The position numbers were made by a program, and so were the translations under genes. 64,000 nt of DNA from Macrostomum hystrix (Eukaryota > Animalia > Platyhelminthes), in contig CATNEN010000027.1 of NCBI GenBank assembly GCA_950097015.1, positions 124,001 through 188,000 of the forward strand, read 5' to 3'. This document shows positions 1-11,289 of this stretch, piece by piece (the first letter of the stretch is position 1; each line of letters begins with the position of its first letter). The notes beneath the pieces are model-generated. The model saw only the letters and a program-made list of their open reading frames with translations. It was not told the origin of the DNA and did no database searches.

Positions 1-170
1 AGAGTGACGAGAAGGGACGGGAGAGTGACGAGAAGGGATGGAAGAGTGACGAAAAGTGATGGAAGAGTGACGAGAAGTGACGAGAGTGAGAGAAGTGAGA
101 GAGTGACGAGAAGTGACGGGAGAGTGACGAGAGGGGACAGGAGAGTGACGAGAAGGAACGGAGAGTAGCC
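1..170. repeat. Degenerate purine-rich minisatellite (~14-15 bp)
   Basis: Repeated AGAGTGACGAGAAG(G). Confidence 0.8.
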
Positions 171-302
171 AGACTAGTTTTCTCGCAAGAAAAAAGAATA
201 TACCCTTCTAGTTATTGCCTAAATATAAAATATTACAAAAAGGCTTATGAAAAGGAAAGCATTGTAATGCACCATTTTCTAAATCAAATTTCATTATTTT
301 TT

Positions 303-598
303 CTACGAGGACAAAAAGGCAGAAATGTTGAACTGTCTGCGGATACAGGTACTCAGTCGACCCTGGACATTGATTGACAGGTCATGCTTCAGGGAATCCA
401 GTGTCTGTGTTCTGCAAAGCTTCAGGTTTCTGCATTCAAGTATAGAACGCCGAAAGCGGAATATAATTATCAGCCCGATTTTCGCATTCCATTCGGCTCT
501 CAACTCCATTGTGTTATGAATGTTGCATTGGTTGGCATGCATGAATGCGTTCGGGATTTGTGGGGATTTGAATCTGACGAATTTGAAATCCGATGAGC
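303..598 (-). CDS. Probable terminal exon of the Dpr-like gene
   Basis: Strong acceptor tattttgtttcag at 599-600 joins in frame to ORF 303..542. Total CDS is 1209 nt (402 aa). No clear TM or GPI signal, so the assignment is uncertain. Confidence 0.4.
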
Positions 599-685
599 CT
601 GAAACAAAATATACGATATTTCTAAATTCTGTCTGATCTACATATTTCGATTTTCGGCTAATTTTGATTTTAGTTTTTTTATGTG

Positions 686-2324
686 AGTGTCCCTGATTCC
701 TGAGTTGACTGTCCCTGATTCCTCAGCTGACTGTCCCTGATTCCTCAGTTGAGTGTCCCTGATTCCTCAGTTGACTGTCCCTGATTCCTCAGTTGACTGT
801 CCCTGATTCCTCAGTTGACTGTCCCTGATTCCTCAGTTGACTGTCCCTGATTCCTCAGTTGACTGTCCCTGATTTCTCAGTTGACTGTCCCTGATTCCTC
901 AGCTGACTGTCCCTGATTCCTCAGTTGACTGTCCCTAATTCCTCAGCTGACTGTCCCTGATTCCTCAGTTGAGTGTCCCTGATTCCTCAGCTGACTGTCC
1001 CTGATTCCTCAGTTGACTGTCCCTGATTCCTCAGTTGACTGTCCCTGATTCCTCAGTTGACTGTCCCTGATTCCTCAGTTGACTGTCCCTGATTCCTCAG
1101 CTGACTGTCCCTGATTCCTCAGTTGACTGTCCCTGATTCCTCAGTTGACTGTCCCTGATTCCTCAGTTGACTGTCCCTGATTCCTCAGTTGAGTGTCCCT
1201 GATTCCTCAGTTGAGTGTCCCTGATTCCTCAGTTGACTGTCCCTAATTCCTCAGCTGACTGTCCCTGATTCCTCAGTTGAGTGTCCCTGATTCCTGGGTT
1301 GACTGTCCCTGATTCCTGAGTTGACTGTCCCTGATTCCTGGGTTGACTGTCCCTGATTCCTCAGTTGACTGTCCCTGATTCCTGAGTTGACTGTCCCTGA
1401 TTCCTCAGTTGACTGTCCCTAATTCCTCAGTTGACTGTCCCTGATTCCTCAGTTGACTGTCCCTGATTCCTCAGTTGACTGTCCCTGATTCCTCAGTTGA
1501 CTGTCCCTAATTCCTCAGTTGACTGTCCCTAATTCCTCAGTTGAGTGTCCCTGATTCCTGAGTTGACTGTCCCTGATTCCTCAGCTGACTGTCCCTGATT
1601 CCTCAGCTGACTGTCCCTGATTCCTCAGCTGACTATCCCTGATTCCTCAGTAGACTGTCCCTGATTCCTCAGTTGACTGTCCCTGATTCCTCAGTTGACT
1701 GTCCCTGATTCCTCAGCTGACTGTCCCTGATTCCTCAGTTGACTGTCCCTGATTCCTCAGCTGACTGTCCCTGATTCCTCAGTTGACTGTCCCTGATTCC
1801 TCAGTTGACTGTCCCTGATTCCTCAGCTGACTGTCCCTGATTCCTCAGTTGACTGTCCCTGATTCCTCAGTTGACTGTCCCTGATTCCTCAGGTGACTGT
1901 CCCTGATTCCTCAGTTGACTGTCCCTGATTCCTCAGCTGACTGTCCCTGATTCCTCAGTTGACTGTCCCTGATTCCTCAGTTGACTGTCCCTGATTCCTC
2001 AGCTGACTGTCCCTGATTCCTCAGTTGACTGTCCCTGATTTCTCAGTTGACTGTCCCTAATTCCTCAGTTGACTGTCCCTGATTCCTCAGCTGACTGTCC
2101 CTGATTCCTCAGTTGACTGTCCCTGATTCCTCAGCTGACTGTCCCTGATTCCTCAGCTGACTGTCCCTGATTCCTCAGTTGACTGTCCCTGATTCCTCAG
2201 TTGAATGTCCCTGATTCCTCAGTTGAGTGTCCCTGATTCCTCAGTTGAATGTCCCTGATTCCTCAGTTGAATGTCCCTGATTCCTCAGCTGACTGTCCCT
2301 GATTCCTCAGCTGACTGTCCCTGA
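686..2324 (+). repeat. 22-bp tandem array, left arm of palindrome (~74 copies)
   Basis: Unit GTTGACTGTCCCTGATTCCTCA. Confidence 0.97.
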
Positions 2325-2335
2325 GCAGCACTCAC

Positions 2336-2653
2336 GCAGCACTGTGAGCTGATGGCTAGCGGTCTCCAGTGTCGGCGGTCTCTCGCTCGGCTGCTTCAAG
2401 CACAGCCAGTCGCCGGTGTGCTCAAATCTTACGAAATAGATGGTGAGCACACTCACAATGGTGTCACCATCCATCCAGCTCATGCTGATGTCCATGCTGC
2501 TGGCATTGCTGCTTTGCCGCAGGCCCTGATGATACCATTCAACAGTGGCGTCGGGGTTGCGACGGGCGTCGCGACCGCGAAAAACAGCGGTGCAGGTCAG
2601 CGACACGAACTGCTCACCCTGCAGAACAATGCGCGGCCCGAAGATGTTCACGC
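2336..2653 (-). CDS. Dpr-like exon encoding the whole of Ig2 (318 nt, phase 1-1)
   Basis: ttgtttcccaccag|GC GTG AAC...VSLTCTA...VEWYHQG...VSVLTIYFVRFEHTGDWLC...LTVL C|gtgagt; Ig Cys-Trp-Cys pattern. Confidence 0.88.
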
Positions 2654-2700
2654 CTGGTGGGAAACAAGGTATGCGAGTTTGTCAAGTTTTTGATAATATA

Positions 2701-4721
2701 TGGGACAGTCACCTGAGGAATCAGGGACATTCAACTGAGGAATCAGGGACACTCAACTGAGGAATCAGGGACAGTCACCTGAGGAATTAGGGACAGTCAA
2801 CTGAGGAATCAGGGACAGTCACCTGAGGAATTAGGGACAGTCAACTGAGGAATCAGGGACAGTCAACTGAGGAATCAGGGACAGTCAGCTGAGGAATCAG
2901 GGACAGTCTACTGAGGAATCAGGGACAGTCAACTGAGGAATCAGGGACAGTCAGCTGAGGAATCAGGGACAGTCAACTCAGGAATCAGGGACAGTCCACT
3001 GAGGAATCAGGGACAGTCACCTGAGGAATTAGGGACAGTCAACTGAGGAATCAGGGACAGTCAACTGAGGAATCAGGGACAGTCAACTGAGGAATCAGGG
3101 ACAGTCAGCTGAGGAATCAGGGACAGTCAGCTGAGGAATCAGGGACAGTCAACTCAGGAATCAGGGACAGTCAGCTGAGGAATCAGGGACAGTCAACTGA
3201 GGAATCAGGGACAGTCACCTGAGGAATCAGGGACAGTCACCTCAGGAATCAGGGACAGTCACCTCAGGAATCAGGGACAGTCACCTGAGGAATCAGGGAC
3301 AGTCAACTGAGGAATCAGGGACAGTCAACTGAGGAATCAGGGACAGTCAACTGAGGAATCAGGGAGACTCAACTCAGGAATCAGGGACAGTCAACTCAGG
3401 AATCAGGGACAGTCAACTCAGGAATCAGGGACAGTCAACTGAGGAATCAGGGACAGTCAGCTGAGGAATCAGGGACAGTCAACTGAGGAATCAGGGACAG
3501 TCAGCTGAGGAATCAGGGACAGTCAACTGAGGAATCAGGGACAGTCTACTGAGGAATCAGGGACAGTCAACTCAGGAATCAGGGACAGTCTACTGAGGAA
3601 TCAGGGACAGTCTACTGAGAAATCAGGGACAGTCAACTGAGAAATCAGGGACAGTCCACTGAGAAATCAGGGACAGTCACCTGAGGAATTAGGGACAGTC
3701 AACTCAGGAATCAGGGACAGTCTACTGAGGAATCAGGGACAGTCTACTGAGAAATCAGGGACAGTCAACTGAGAAATCAGGGACAGTCCACTGAGAAATC
3801 AGGGACAGTCACCTGAGGAATTAGGGACAGTCAACTGAGGAATCAGGGACAGTCAACTGAGGAATCAGGGACAGTCAACTGAGGAATCAGGGACAGTCAG
3901 CTGAGGAATCAGGGACAGTCAGCTGAGGAATCAGGGACAGTCAACTCAGGAATCAGGGACAGTCAGCTGAGGAATCAGGGACAGTCAACTGAGGAATCAG
4001 GGACAGTCACCTCAGGAATCAGGGACAGTCACCTCAGGAATCAGGGACAGTCACCTGAGGAATCAGGGACAGTCAACTGAGGAATCAGGGACAGTCAACT
4101 GAGGAATCAGGGACAGTCAACTGAGGAATCAGGGACAGTCTACTGAGGAATCAGGGACAGTCACCTGAGGAATCAGGGACAGTCAACTGAGGAATCAGGG
4201 ACAGTCAACTGAGGAATCAGGGACAGTCAACTGAGGAATCAGGGACAGTCAGCTGAGGAATCAGGGACAGTCAACTCAGGAATCAGGGACAGTCCACTGA
4301 GGAATCAGGGACAGTCACCTGAGGAATTAGGGACAGTCAACTGAGGAATCAGGGACAGTCAACTGAGGAATCAGGGACAGTCAACTGAGGAATCAGGGAC
4401 AGTCAGCTGAGGAATCAGGGACAGTCAACTCAGGAATCAGGGACAGTCAGCTGAGGAATCAGGGACAGTCAACTGAGGAATCAGGGACAGTCAACCCAGG
4501 AATCAGGGACAGTCACCTCAGGAATCAGGGACAGTCACCTCAGGAATCAGGGACAGTCACCTGAGGAATCAGGGACAGTCAACTGAGGAATCAGGGACAG
4601 TCACCTGAGGAATCAGGGACAGTCAACTGAGGAATCAGGGACAGTCAACTGAGGAATCAGGGACAGTCAGCTGAGGAATCAGGGACAGTCAACTGAGGAA
4701 TCAGGGACAGTCAACTGAGGA
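2701..4721 (-). repeat. Same 22-bp array in inverted orientation, right arm (~92 copies)
   Basis: Unit TGAGGAATCAGGGACAGTCAAC is the exact reverse complement of the left-arm unit. Confidence 0.97.
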
Positions 4722-4758
4722 CTAGGAGACCGTAAAGTTTTCAACATCGCGAGCTCAC

Positions 4759-4800
4759 TTTTAACAGCTTTGCTGACGTCCGGAAACGTTGCAGCCTCAT
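4759..4800 (-). CDS. Dpr-like linker micro-exon (42 nt, phase 1-1)
   Basis: gcgttttcag|AT GAG GCT...AAA A|gtgagc; encodes DEAATFPDVSKAVK in frame. Confidence 0.6.
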
Positions 4801-4884
4801 CTGAAAACGCGAAAGAAGTTAGATTTCTATTGAATATTTTACGTAACTCCGTCGAAAGAAAATTGCTTGGCATTCTGCGCTCAC

Positions 4885-4986
4885 CATTTTGCAGTGTTTT
4901 CGAAGATCCATTGGCTCCTGTTTTTCTTGTTTTGCTGCCCTCTGATTTCTTCGAAGCTTTGCCCAAATCGCTAACTGGTTTGCTCT
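4885..4986 (-). CDS. Dpr-like linker exon (102 nt, phase 1-1)
   Basis: aatgcag|AG AGC AAA...AAT G|gtgagc; encodes K/S-rich ESKPVSDLGKASKKSEGSKTRKTGANGSSKTLQNG in frame with both neighbours. Confidence 0.65.
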
Positions 4987-5384
4987 CTGCATTGAGAATA
5001 TTATAGATATTTATTAAACTATTTTTTACTACTTATTTTTTAAACTAGACACGACTGGCAACAGGCTTCCTCATAAGAGACCTTAAACCTCCTAGTCCTG
5101 GTCTATGATTCACACCTGCGTTAATTAGACCCCAAAACCCCAGGTTTATCTCTGATACACACCTGCCTTTAGACTCCACAACCCCAGGTTTATCTATGAT
5201 ACACACCTGCGTTAATTAGACCCCAAAACCCCAGGTTCATCGATGATTCACACCCCTTAATTAAACCCAAAAACCCCTTGATTATTCATTCGCACCTGTC
5301 CTAATTATGCCCCAACCCTCCAGTTCACCAGTAATTCACACTTATCTTATGATTCACAAATCGCATAATTAGCATCGTTCTCAC

Positions 5385-5598
5385 CTCTCACAACCAGTTG
5401 GAACCGCTTCTCTTCGAGGCGCTCCAGTGTGTTCACCTGGCACATGTACTCGCCAGAGTCCTTGACCTCGGCAACCTGGATCACCAGGTTCCACTCGTCG
5501 GGACTCGAATAGTCAATCTTCACCCGCTGGTCCGAGGTGAACACCGTCCGCCCGATGGTGAGCGGGATGTCTCGGCCGTCGTTTTTCATCCAGGTTAC
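5385..5598 (-). CDS. Dpr-like exon 3 (C-half of Ig1)
   Basis: ccgcag|VTWMKND...LTIGRTVFTSDQRV...WNLVIQVAEVKDSGEYMCQVNT...LVVR|gtgag. Contains the TxDxR and DSGxYxC motifs typical of Dpr/ZIG-8 Ig1. Confidence 0.9.
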
Positions 5599-5657
5599 CT
5601 GCGGATTTTATGGTCTGATCAGTGAGGAGTGAGCTCAATAGAACTCCACATGAAAAT

Positions 5658-6152
5658 CACTGCTAGCATATTAGAATCCCACTGCTAGCTTATTAGAATC
5701 CCACTGCTAGCATATTAGAATCCCACTGCTAGCTTATTAGAATCCCACTGCTAGCTTATTAGAATCCCACTGCTAGCTTATTAGAATCCCACTGCTAGCT
5801 TATTAGAATCCCACTGCTAGCTTATTAGAATCCCACTGCTAGCTTATTAGAATCCCACTGCTAGCTTAATAGAATCCCATTGCCTATACTTAAATCCTAC
5901 TATTAACAATAGAGTCTCAACTTTAGAATCGCTTTACAAACAATAAAATCCCATCATTAACATTAGAATCCCATCATTAACATTAGAATCCCATCATTAA
6001 CATTAGAATCCCATCATTAACATTAGAATCCCATCATTAACATTAGAATCCCATCATTAACATTAGAATCCCATCATTAACATTAGAATCCCATCATTAA
6101 CATTAGAATCCCATCACTAACATTAGAATCCCATCATTAACATTAGAATCCC
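5658..6152. repeat. Two adjacent related minisatellites (22 bp, then 20 bp)
   Basis: TATTAGAATCCCACTGCTAGCT (5658-5880) and AACATTAGAATCCCATCATT (5945-6152). Confidence 0.92.
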
Positions 6153-7129
6153 ATTTTTTTTGTTCAAAATCCCATACTTTGATCCGTGATCCCGTCTCAC
6201 ACCTCGGTGAGCAGTGCCATTCGGCCTAGAAACTTGCCGAAACGCTGAGAATCTGGTAGATTTCACAGCATCCATAGCCTTCATCTGGCCCTGCGGCCCC
6301 GCATCGATCGAGTGTGTTGCACCGAAATCCCCAATCTCACGCTATCCCCAGCCCATTGATTAGTCCAAGTCCTAATCCCACTCAGGGATGTGGAAGAAAG
6401 TGAAGAAAATCTACATTGGGACTTTCGTTTGTCTGCTCAACTGCAATTTCCCTTTCGGCTGTTCTTAACCTGAGATTTCCTCTCGATTAAGGGGGGATTT
6501 TTTGAAACGACGGGATCTAACGTTGCGTGCGCTGCTCAGTGAGGAAGCCTGGGGTGGGGGGTCAAAAATCCCTTTTGGAAAGTCCGCCGGCGAAACACTC
6601 GCCGGGGGTGGGACAGACTGCGGGGGGTAGGTGCGGTCGAGGTGAGAAGTAGGACTCTAGTTTTCGATCCTTAACGGCTGCGAGGGGCCGGGCGGGCTTA
6701 ACCAGTTACTGGTTACTGCCGGGGGCACGCGCGGCTGTTCGGCGATGATGCAAATCGTGGCAAAAAAGGTAGGATAATCAATCAAGGATCAACCTGTCTT
6801 AGCGAGAGTCGCCGAGGGCCCATTAGCGCGAAAATGGCTCTGCCTGAAGTTGTCCACGATCCCACTTGAAGCTGTCAGCCAGGTAGCAATAACCACACCG
6901 CCGCTGATAATACCATCCTCATTTATCCCCTCAACTTGACCTCTCCTCTTCCCACTTGACGATCGGTCATCGTTAGGTAGATTTTCCCGATTTTTCTGAT
7001 CCTCTTTCAAAACGGAGTCTGGCCAGGCCACCCAGCAACCATTGGCAATTATCGAATTCCATGCTGCATCCAAGGACGGCCGCTGGCCTATTATCTCCAA
7101 TTATACGTTCACGATCTCCACTTCTTCTT

Positions 7130-7442
7130 CCGTTCTGCCCCTCGGTCTCCCTGTTCCGCCCCTCGGCCTCCCTGTTCCGCCTCTCGGTCTCCCTGTTCCA
7201 CCCCTCGGTCTGCTCGTTCCGCCCCCCGGTCTCCCCGTTCCGCGCCTCGGTCTGCTCGTTCCGCCCCTCGGTCATCCCTTTCCGCCCCTCGATCATCTCT
7301 TTCCGCCCCTCGGTCATCCCTTTCCGCCTCTCGGTCATCTCTTTCCGCCCCTCGGTCATCTCTTTCCGCCCCTCGGTCATCTCTTTCCGCCCCTCGGTCA
7401 TCTCTTTCCGCCCCTCGGTCATCCCTTTCCGCCCCTCGGCTT
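7130..7442. repeat. 21-bp minisatellite
   Basis: CCGCCCCTCGGTCATCTCTTT; explains ORFs at 6973-7578. Confidence 0.92.
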
Positions 7443-7472
7443 CTCTCAATCTCGTAGGCCCTTTAAGCTCAC

Positions 7473-7627
7473 CACATGCTTGCCCAGATTGCGCACAACG
7501 CATCGAATAAGCACCGGCTCGAACTCATTGAAGACCAGTTTGGTTCGGACTGTGTTCTCAAAGCAGACTCGCCTGTAGTCAGGATGACCGCAGTGCCGGC
7601 TGCCGCTGTCAAGGAACGGTTTCACAC
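7473..7627 (-). CDS. Dpr-like exon 2 (N-half of Ig1)
   Basis: ccag|GT GTG AAA...CFENTVRTKLVFNEFEPVLIRCVVRNLGKHV|gtgagc. CxVRNLG matches the Dpr Ig1 B-strand motif. Confidence 0.85.
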
Positions 7628-7724
7628 CTGGCGAGTGTTTTCGGGGCGTTTTTTTCAATGTTAAAGTCTTTTTTATCTGCTAACAAAGTTCTCAAACAAC
7701 AGTGTCTTTAGGGTTTTTGCGTCT

Positions 7725-8015
7725 GGCTATTAAATCCGTGGACACAATGCCCTTTCAGGTTTTGTTCTCGCTATCAAGTCCATGGAAACAATGCCCTTTC
7801 AGGTTTTGTTCTCGCCATCAAGTCCATGGACACAATGCCCTTTCAGGTTTCGTTCTCGTTATCAAGTCTATGGACACAATGCCCTTTAATGTTTGGTTCT
7901 CGCTAATAAGTCCACGGACACAATGTCCTTTCAAGTTTTGTTCTCGCTAATAAGTCCATGGACACAATGCCCTTTAAGGTTTCGTTCTCGCTAAAAAGTC
8001 TATGGACACAATGTC
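7725..8015. repeat. 44-bp minisatellite
   Basis: GTCCATGGACACAATGCCCTTTCAGGTTTTGTTCTCGCTATCAA variants. Confidence 0.88.
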
Positions 8016-8514
8016 CTTTAAACCGTGTTACAGAACAAGTTGCATTTAGTTTAGTCATCAGCCGTGCAAGAACTTATTCCAATATTGACAAATATCTATT
8101 TCTATTTAACGATTGCATTTTGATATTCATCTATTTAGAAGCGAGCCGTTGTATGTTTAACTACATCGCAAAATATCTGGAAAAGCATCATGAGCACATT
8201 CTTCAGTTGATATTGAGTGCCTAACATCATATTAAACCCGCTATCTAATATGACAGTCCAAATAGCATATGAGCAATTAGTCCTGTACGGCGAGAGTGAA
8301 GTGATTTAAGTTGATGCTTCATGACGCTAGGGAATGGGCTTGCAGTCATTCGATTCTTTTTTGCTGACATTTTCTGCTTCTCGAAAGCAGAATTGACCCG
8401 CAATATCTGTTGGGAAAGTAGCTTTATATTTCATGCTGGAGTGCAAAATATTGAGCCAACTTTAGATGCAATTTTGTTTGACAGACAAGCTGACACATTT
8501 GTGGACTGTTGAGC

Positions 8515-9160
8515 AGGTGACAGGTAGATGGGCTGATAAAGAGGTAGGTAGACAGACAGGTAGGTGGACTGATAAAGAGGTAGGTAGACAGACAGGTAGG
8601 TGGACTGATAAAGAGGTAGGTAGACAGACAGGTAGGTGGACTGATAAAGAGGTAGGTAGACAGACAGGTAGGTGGACTGATAAAGAGGTAGGTAGACAGG
8701 TAGATGGACTGATAAAGAGGTAGGTAGACAGGAAGACAGGTAGGTGGACTGATAAAGAGGTAGGTAGATAGTTAGACAGGTAGATGGACTGATAAAGAGG
8801 TAGATAGTTAGACAGGTAGATGGACTGATAAAGAGGTAGATAGATAGTTAGACAGGTAGATGGACTGATAAAGAGGTAGGTAGACAGACAGGTAGGCGGA
8901 CTGATAAAGAGGTAGATAGACAGGTAGATGGTCTGATAAAGAGTTAGGTAGACAGTTAGACAGGTAGGTGGACTGATAAAGAGGTAGCTAGACAGGTAGA
9001 TAGACTGATAAAGAGGTAGATAGATAGACAGGTAGATGGACTGATAAAGAGGTAGATAGATAGTTAGACAGGTAGATGGACTGATAAAGAGGTAGATAGA
9101 TAGTTAGACAGGTAGATGGACTGATAAAGAGGTAGCTAGACAGGTAGACAGGTAGATCGA
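8515..9160. repeat. ~32-36-bp minisatellite
   Basis: GACAGGTAGGTGGACTGATAAAGAGGTAGGTAGACA variants. Confidence 0.92.
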
Positions 9161-9765
9161 CAGGTCCATGGATCAGCGGACCACGACAAAGTGAAGTTTG
9201 AGTTCAGTAAAGAAGCGGTGGGTTTTGCCAAATCTAGAAGGAGAAGAAAAAAGGCAAAAGGACAAGGCAGCTCATTTCACACCGCACGCACCTGGGAAAA
9301 ATTGTTTCTATAAAAAAGCAGACTGTAGGACGGAACTGTTGCCAATAGGGCGAATTTGTAGCAAACAGAATGCCTTACCCTTCCCCCCAGGGTTTGAGAC
9401 CAGCTCTGCTCATTAACTTGGCGCGCGCGTGAGTATAGCTGAGCATCAACTCTGCATTGCTCGAAAATCCTGACCCATGCAAGTGGGAGAAGATCCCCAA
9501 CAGTTGCACCTCTCCCTCTGTCTCATTCAGCTTTTGGCTCTTGATTAAATTTCAGTCTCAAACTGGCTTAGGCTGCAATGCAAGCAGCGGTTTGTTTGCC
9601 TTTATTCTATGCGCAACTTTGCCTGGCCCACAATCTGAATCTTTAATTTATGAGCGCGCGACGCAGTCTGATTTCGTTCCCTGATTGGCTAGCAGGGATT
9701 GGGGTGGCTGTCACCCAACCAATCGGCCAGCAGTATTACCGTTCTAGAAACGATCGATCGATAAG

Positions 9766-9802
9766 TCGTGAGTCTGACGCTTTAACAACTAGGCTACAAC
9801 TC
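9766..9802 (-). mobile_element. SINE family B head fragment
   Basis: Reverse complement GAGTTGTAGCCTAGTTGTTAAAGCGTCAGACT, ~4 mismatches to the head at 63858. Confidence 0.55.
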
Positions 9803-10165
9803 GGGGGTTGAGTGGCAGAGCGATGATTAAAAGCGTTTCCCACTCGCACCAAGGTCCCTGAGCTCGATTCCGCGGCGAGGCCACATTCATTTGGTGAGAA
9901 GGCTTGGGGCTTGTCGTGCAATTTTAAACTTGAAGGCCAACCTCCAAGGCACAGTGAAAGTGTACTCTGCCTGATGATTAGAAATTTAGGGCAGATCTAC
10001 ACACACCTGTGTAAGCGTATGCCAGCGTACGGTATCTGTGTGCGTGTGTGCTCAGGAGTCAGCGAAATGGGCCGAATTGCCTCCTCGCTGGCTTCGGGTC
10101 TGGTGTCACCTAATGATGTGCCATTGCCCGCAGCCCTCCTGCAATTATTATTATTATTATTATTA
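9803..10165 (+). mobile_element. tRNA-derived SINE family A, copy 1
   Basis: A-box-like TGGCAGAGCG, B-box-like CTCGATTCC, (TTA)n tail; body homologous to 24094-24420 and 52730-53060. Confidence 0.75.
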
Positions 10166-11289
10166 ATTCCGCAACAACTCCTTCTTTGGAGATCTTAGTC
10201 GATCCTTCCGCCGATTGGCTGGTGACAGCCACCCCAGTCCACGCTAGCCAATCGGCGCAACGATAGAACATCGATCGATAATTTAGCAGCATGCTATGAG
10301 ATTGCAAGACTAAAAATCGATATCAAATCAATGCCCGCATAGCCAAAGCACGGATTTAAATTCCGCCCACTTATAGCCGTAGTTTCACATATTAGTCAGT
10401 TTGTAAATTAATTATAGTGCAGGGATTAACACTGCTACTTAGGTCAGAATCGGATTAACTTTGTCCAACTTTTTCCCCAATGTGAATTTGTGGCTAATTC
10501 TCCTCCCCTTCGCTTTCAGATCCAATTCTCAATCCGACCTATAGAGTGAAAATCAACTGAAGCGAGTTTACTTTTAATATGTTTTATTGATTTTTTCTGG
10601 CATTTCCCCCCTATGCAATGCAAGAAATGTCCCGATTTACCACAGCAGAATTGTAGCTTGAATATATTTTTTATTTGGGCATTGAAATAACTGCAAATCC
10701 ATCTAGCTCGTATCAATAATGTCTCACTCTCGGCAATAAAAATGGTCTAACACTAAGCCTAACTAACAGATGAAGAATTTGGCCCCTGTCCCAACTTATT
10801 ATTATTCCCATGGCTGGCTAAATTACTGGGGCAAGGACAGAATAGGACGCCAGAGCAGACACAGAGAAAAGCCAAACAAAGGATCCTGCTCATATTATTA
10901 ATCTCTATTGGTTAATCTATCCAGCCAAACAGCCGCAACACAGGCGCCGGTTTGTCTATGAAATAACTCCCAATCACACACAATGTTGAAAAGAAGATGG
11001 AATGCAGTGGGTAGGTTAGGGATTTGACTAGGCATTTTGTGTGTGGAAAAAGATGGCAGCAAACTAAATGAGATAGGCTTACTGCTAACTGCTCACAAAA
11101 GATCAAAAGAGCGGCTGGCCGTAGCTATAGTGCAAATAATTGCGCTTGTCTGCACTTTGCCAGGGTCCACAAGCTCTAATGTTCTTTTTTTATCCATGGA
11201 CTTTCTAGTTATTTAGTATTTATAGTACCCGTAGCTAGGTGACTGGAAACAGTGCGAGAGATGTGGGGTGAGAGTTGACGAATGAAGGG

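Noticed and set aside
686-4721. Long-read fold-back artefact as the cause of the palindrome
   Set aside because: Only the satellite is inverted. Unique exons on both sides continue in the correct order, strand and phase, which a simple fold-back chimera would not give. Read-level confirmation is still advisable.
6789-7100. 103-aa ORF in Dpr-like intron 2
   Set aside because: No domain, non-ATG start, and no splice sites that fit the gene's phases.
6973-7578. Pro-rich and charged repeat ORFs
   Set aside because: They derive from the 21-bp intronic array; the same applies to repeat ORFs at 12440, 15776, 16878, 21060, 36242-38166, 38346, 53952-54988 and 59505.
9966-9996. Hammerhead ribozyme (CTGATGA...GAAA flanked by TCTGC/GCAGA)
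   Set aside because: No helix II or helix III/NUH, and the motif is not conserved in the other two SINE-A copies.
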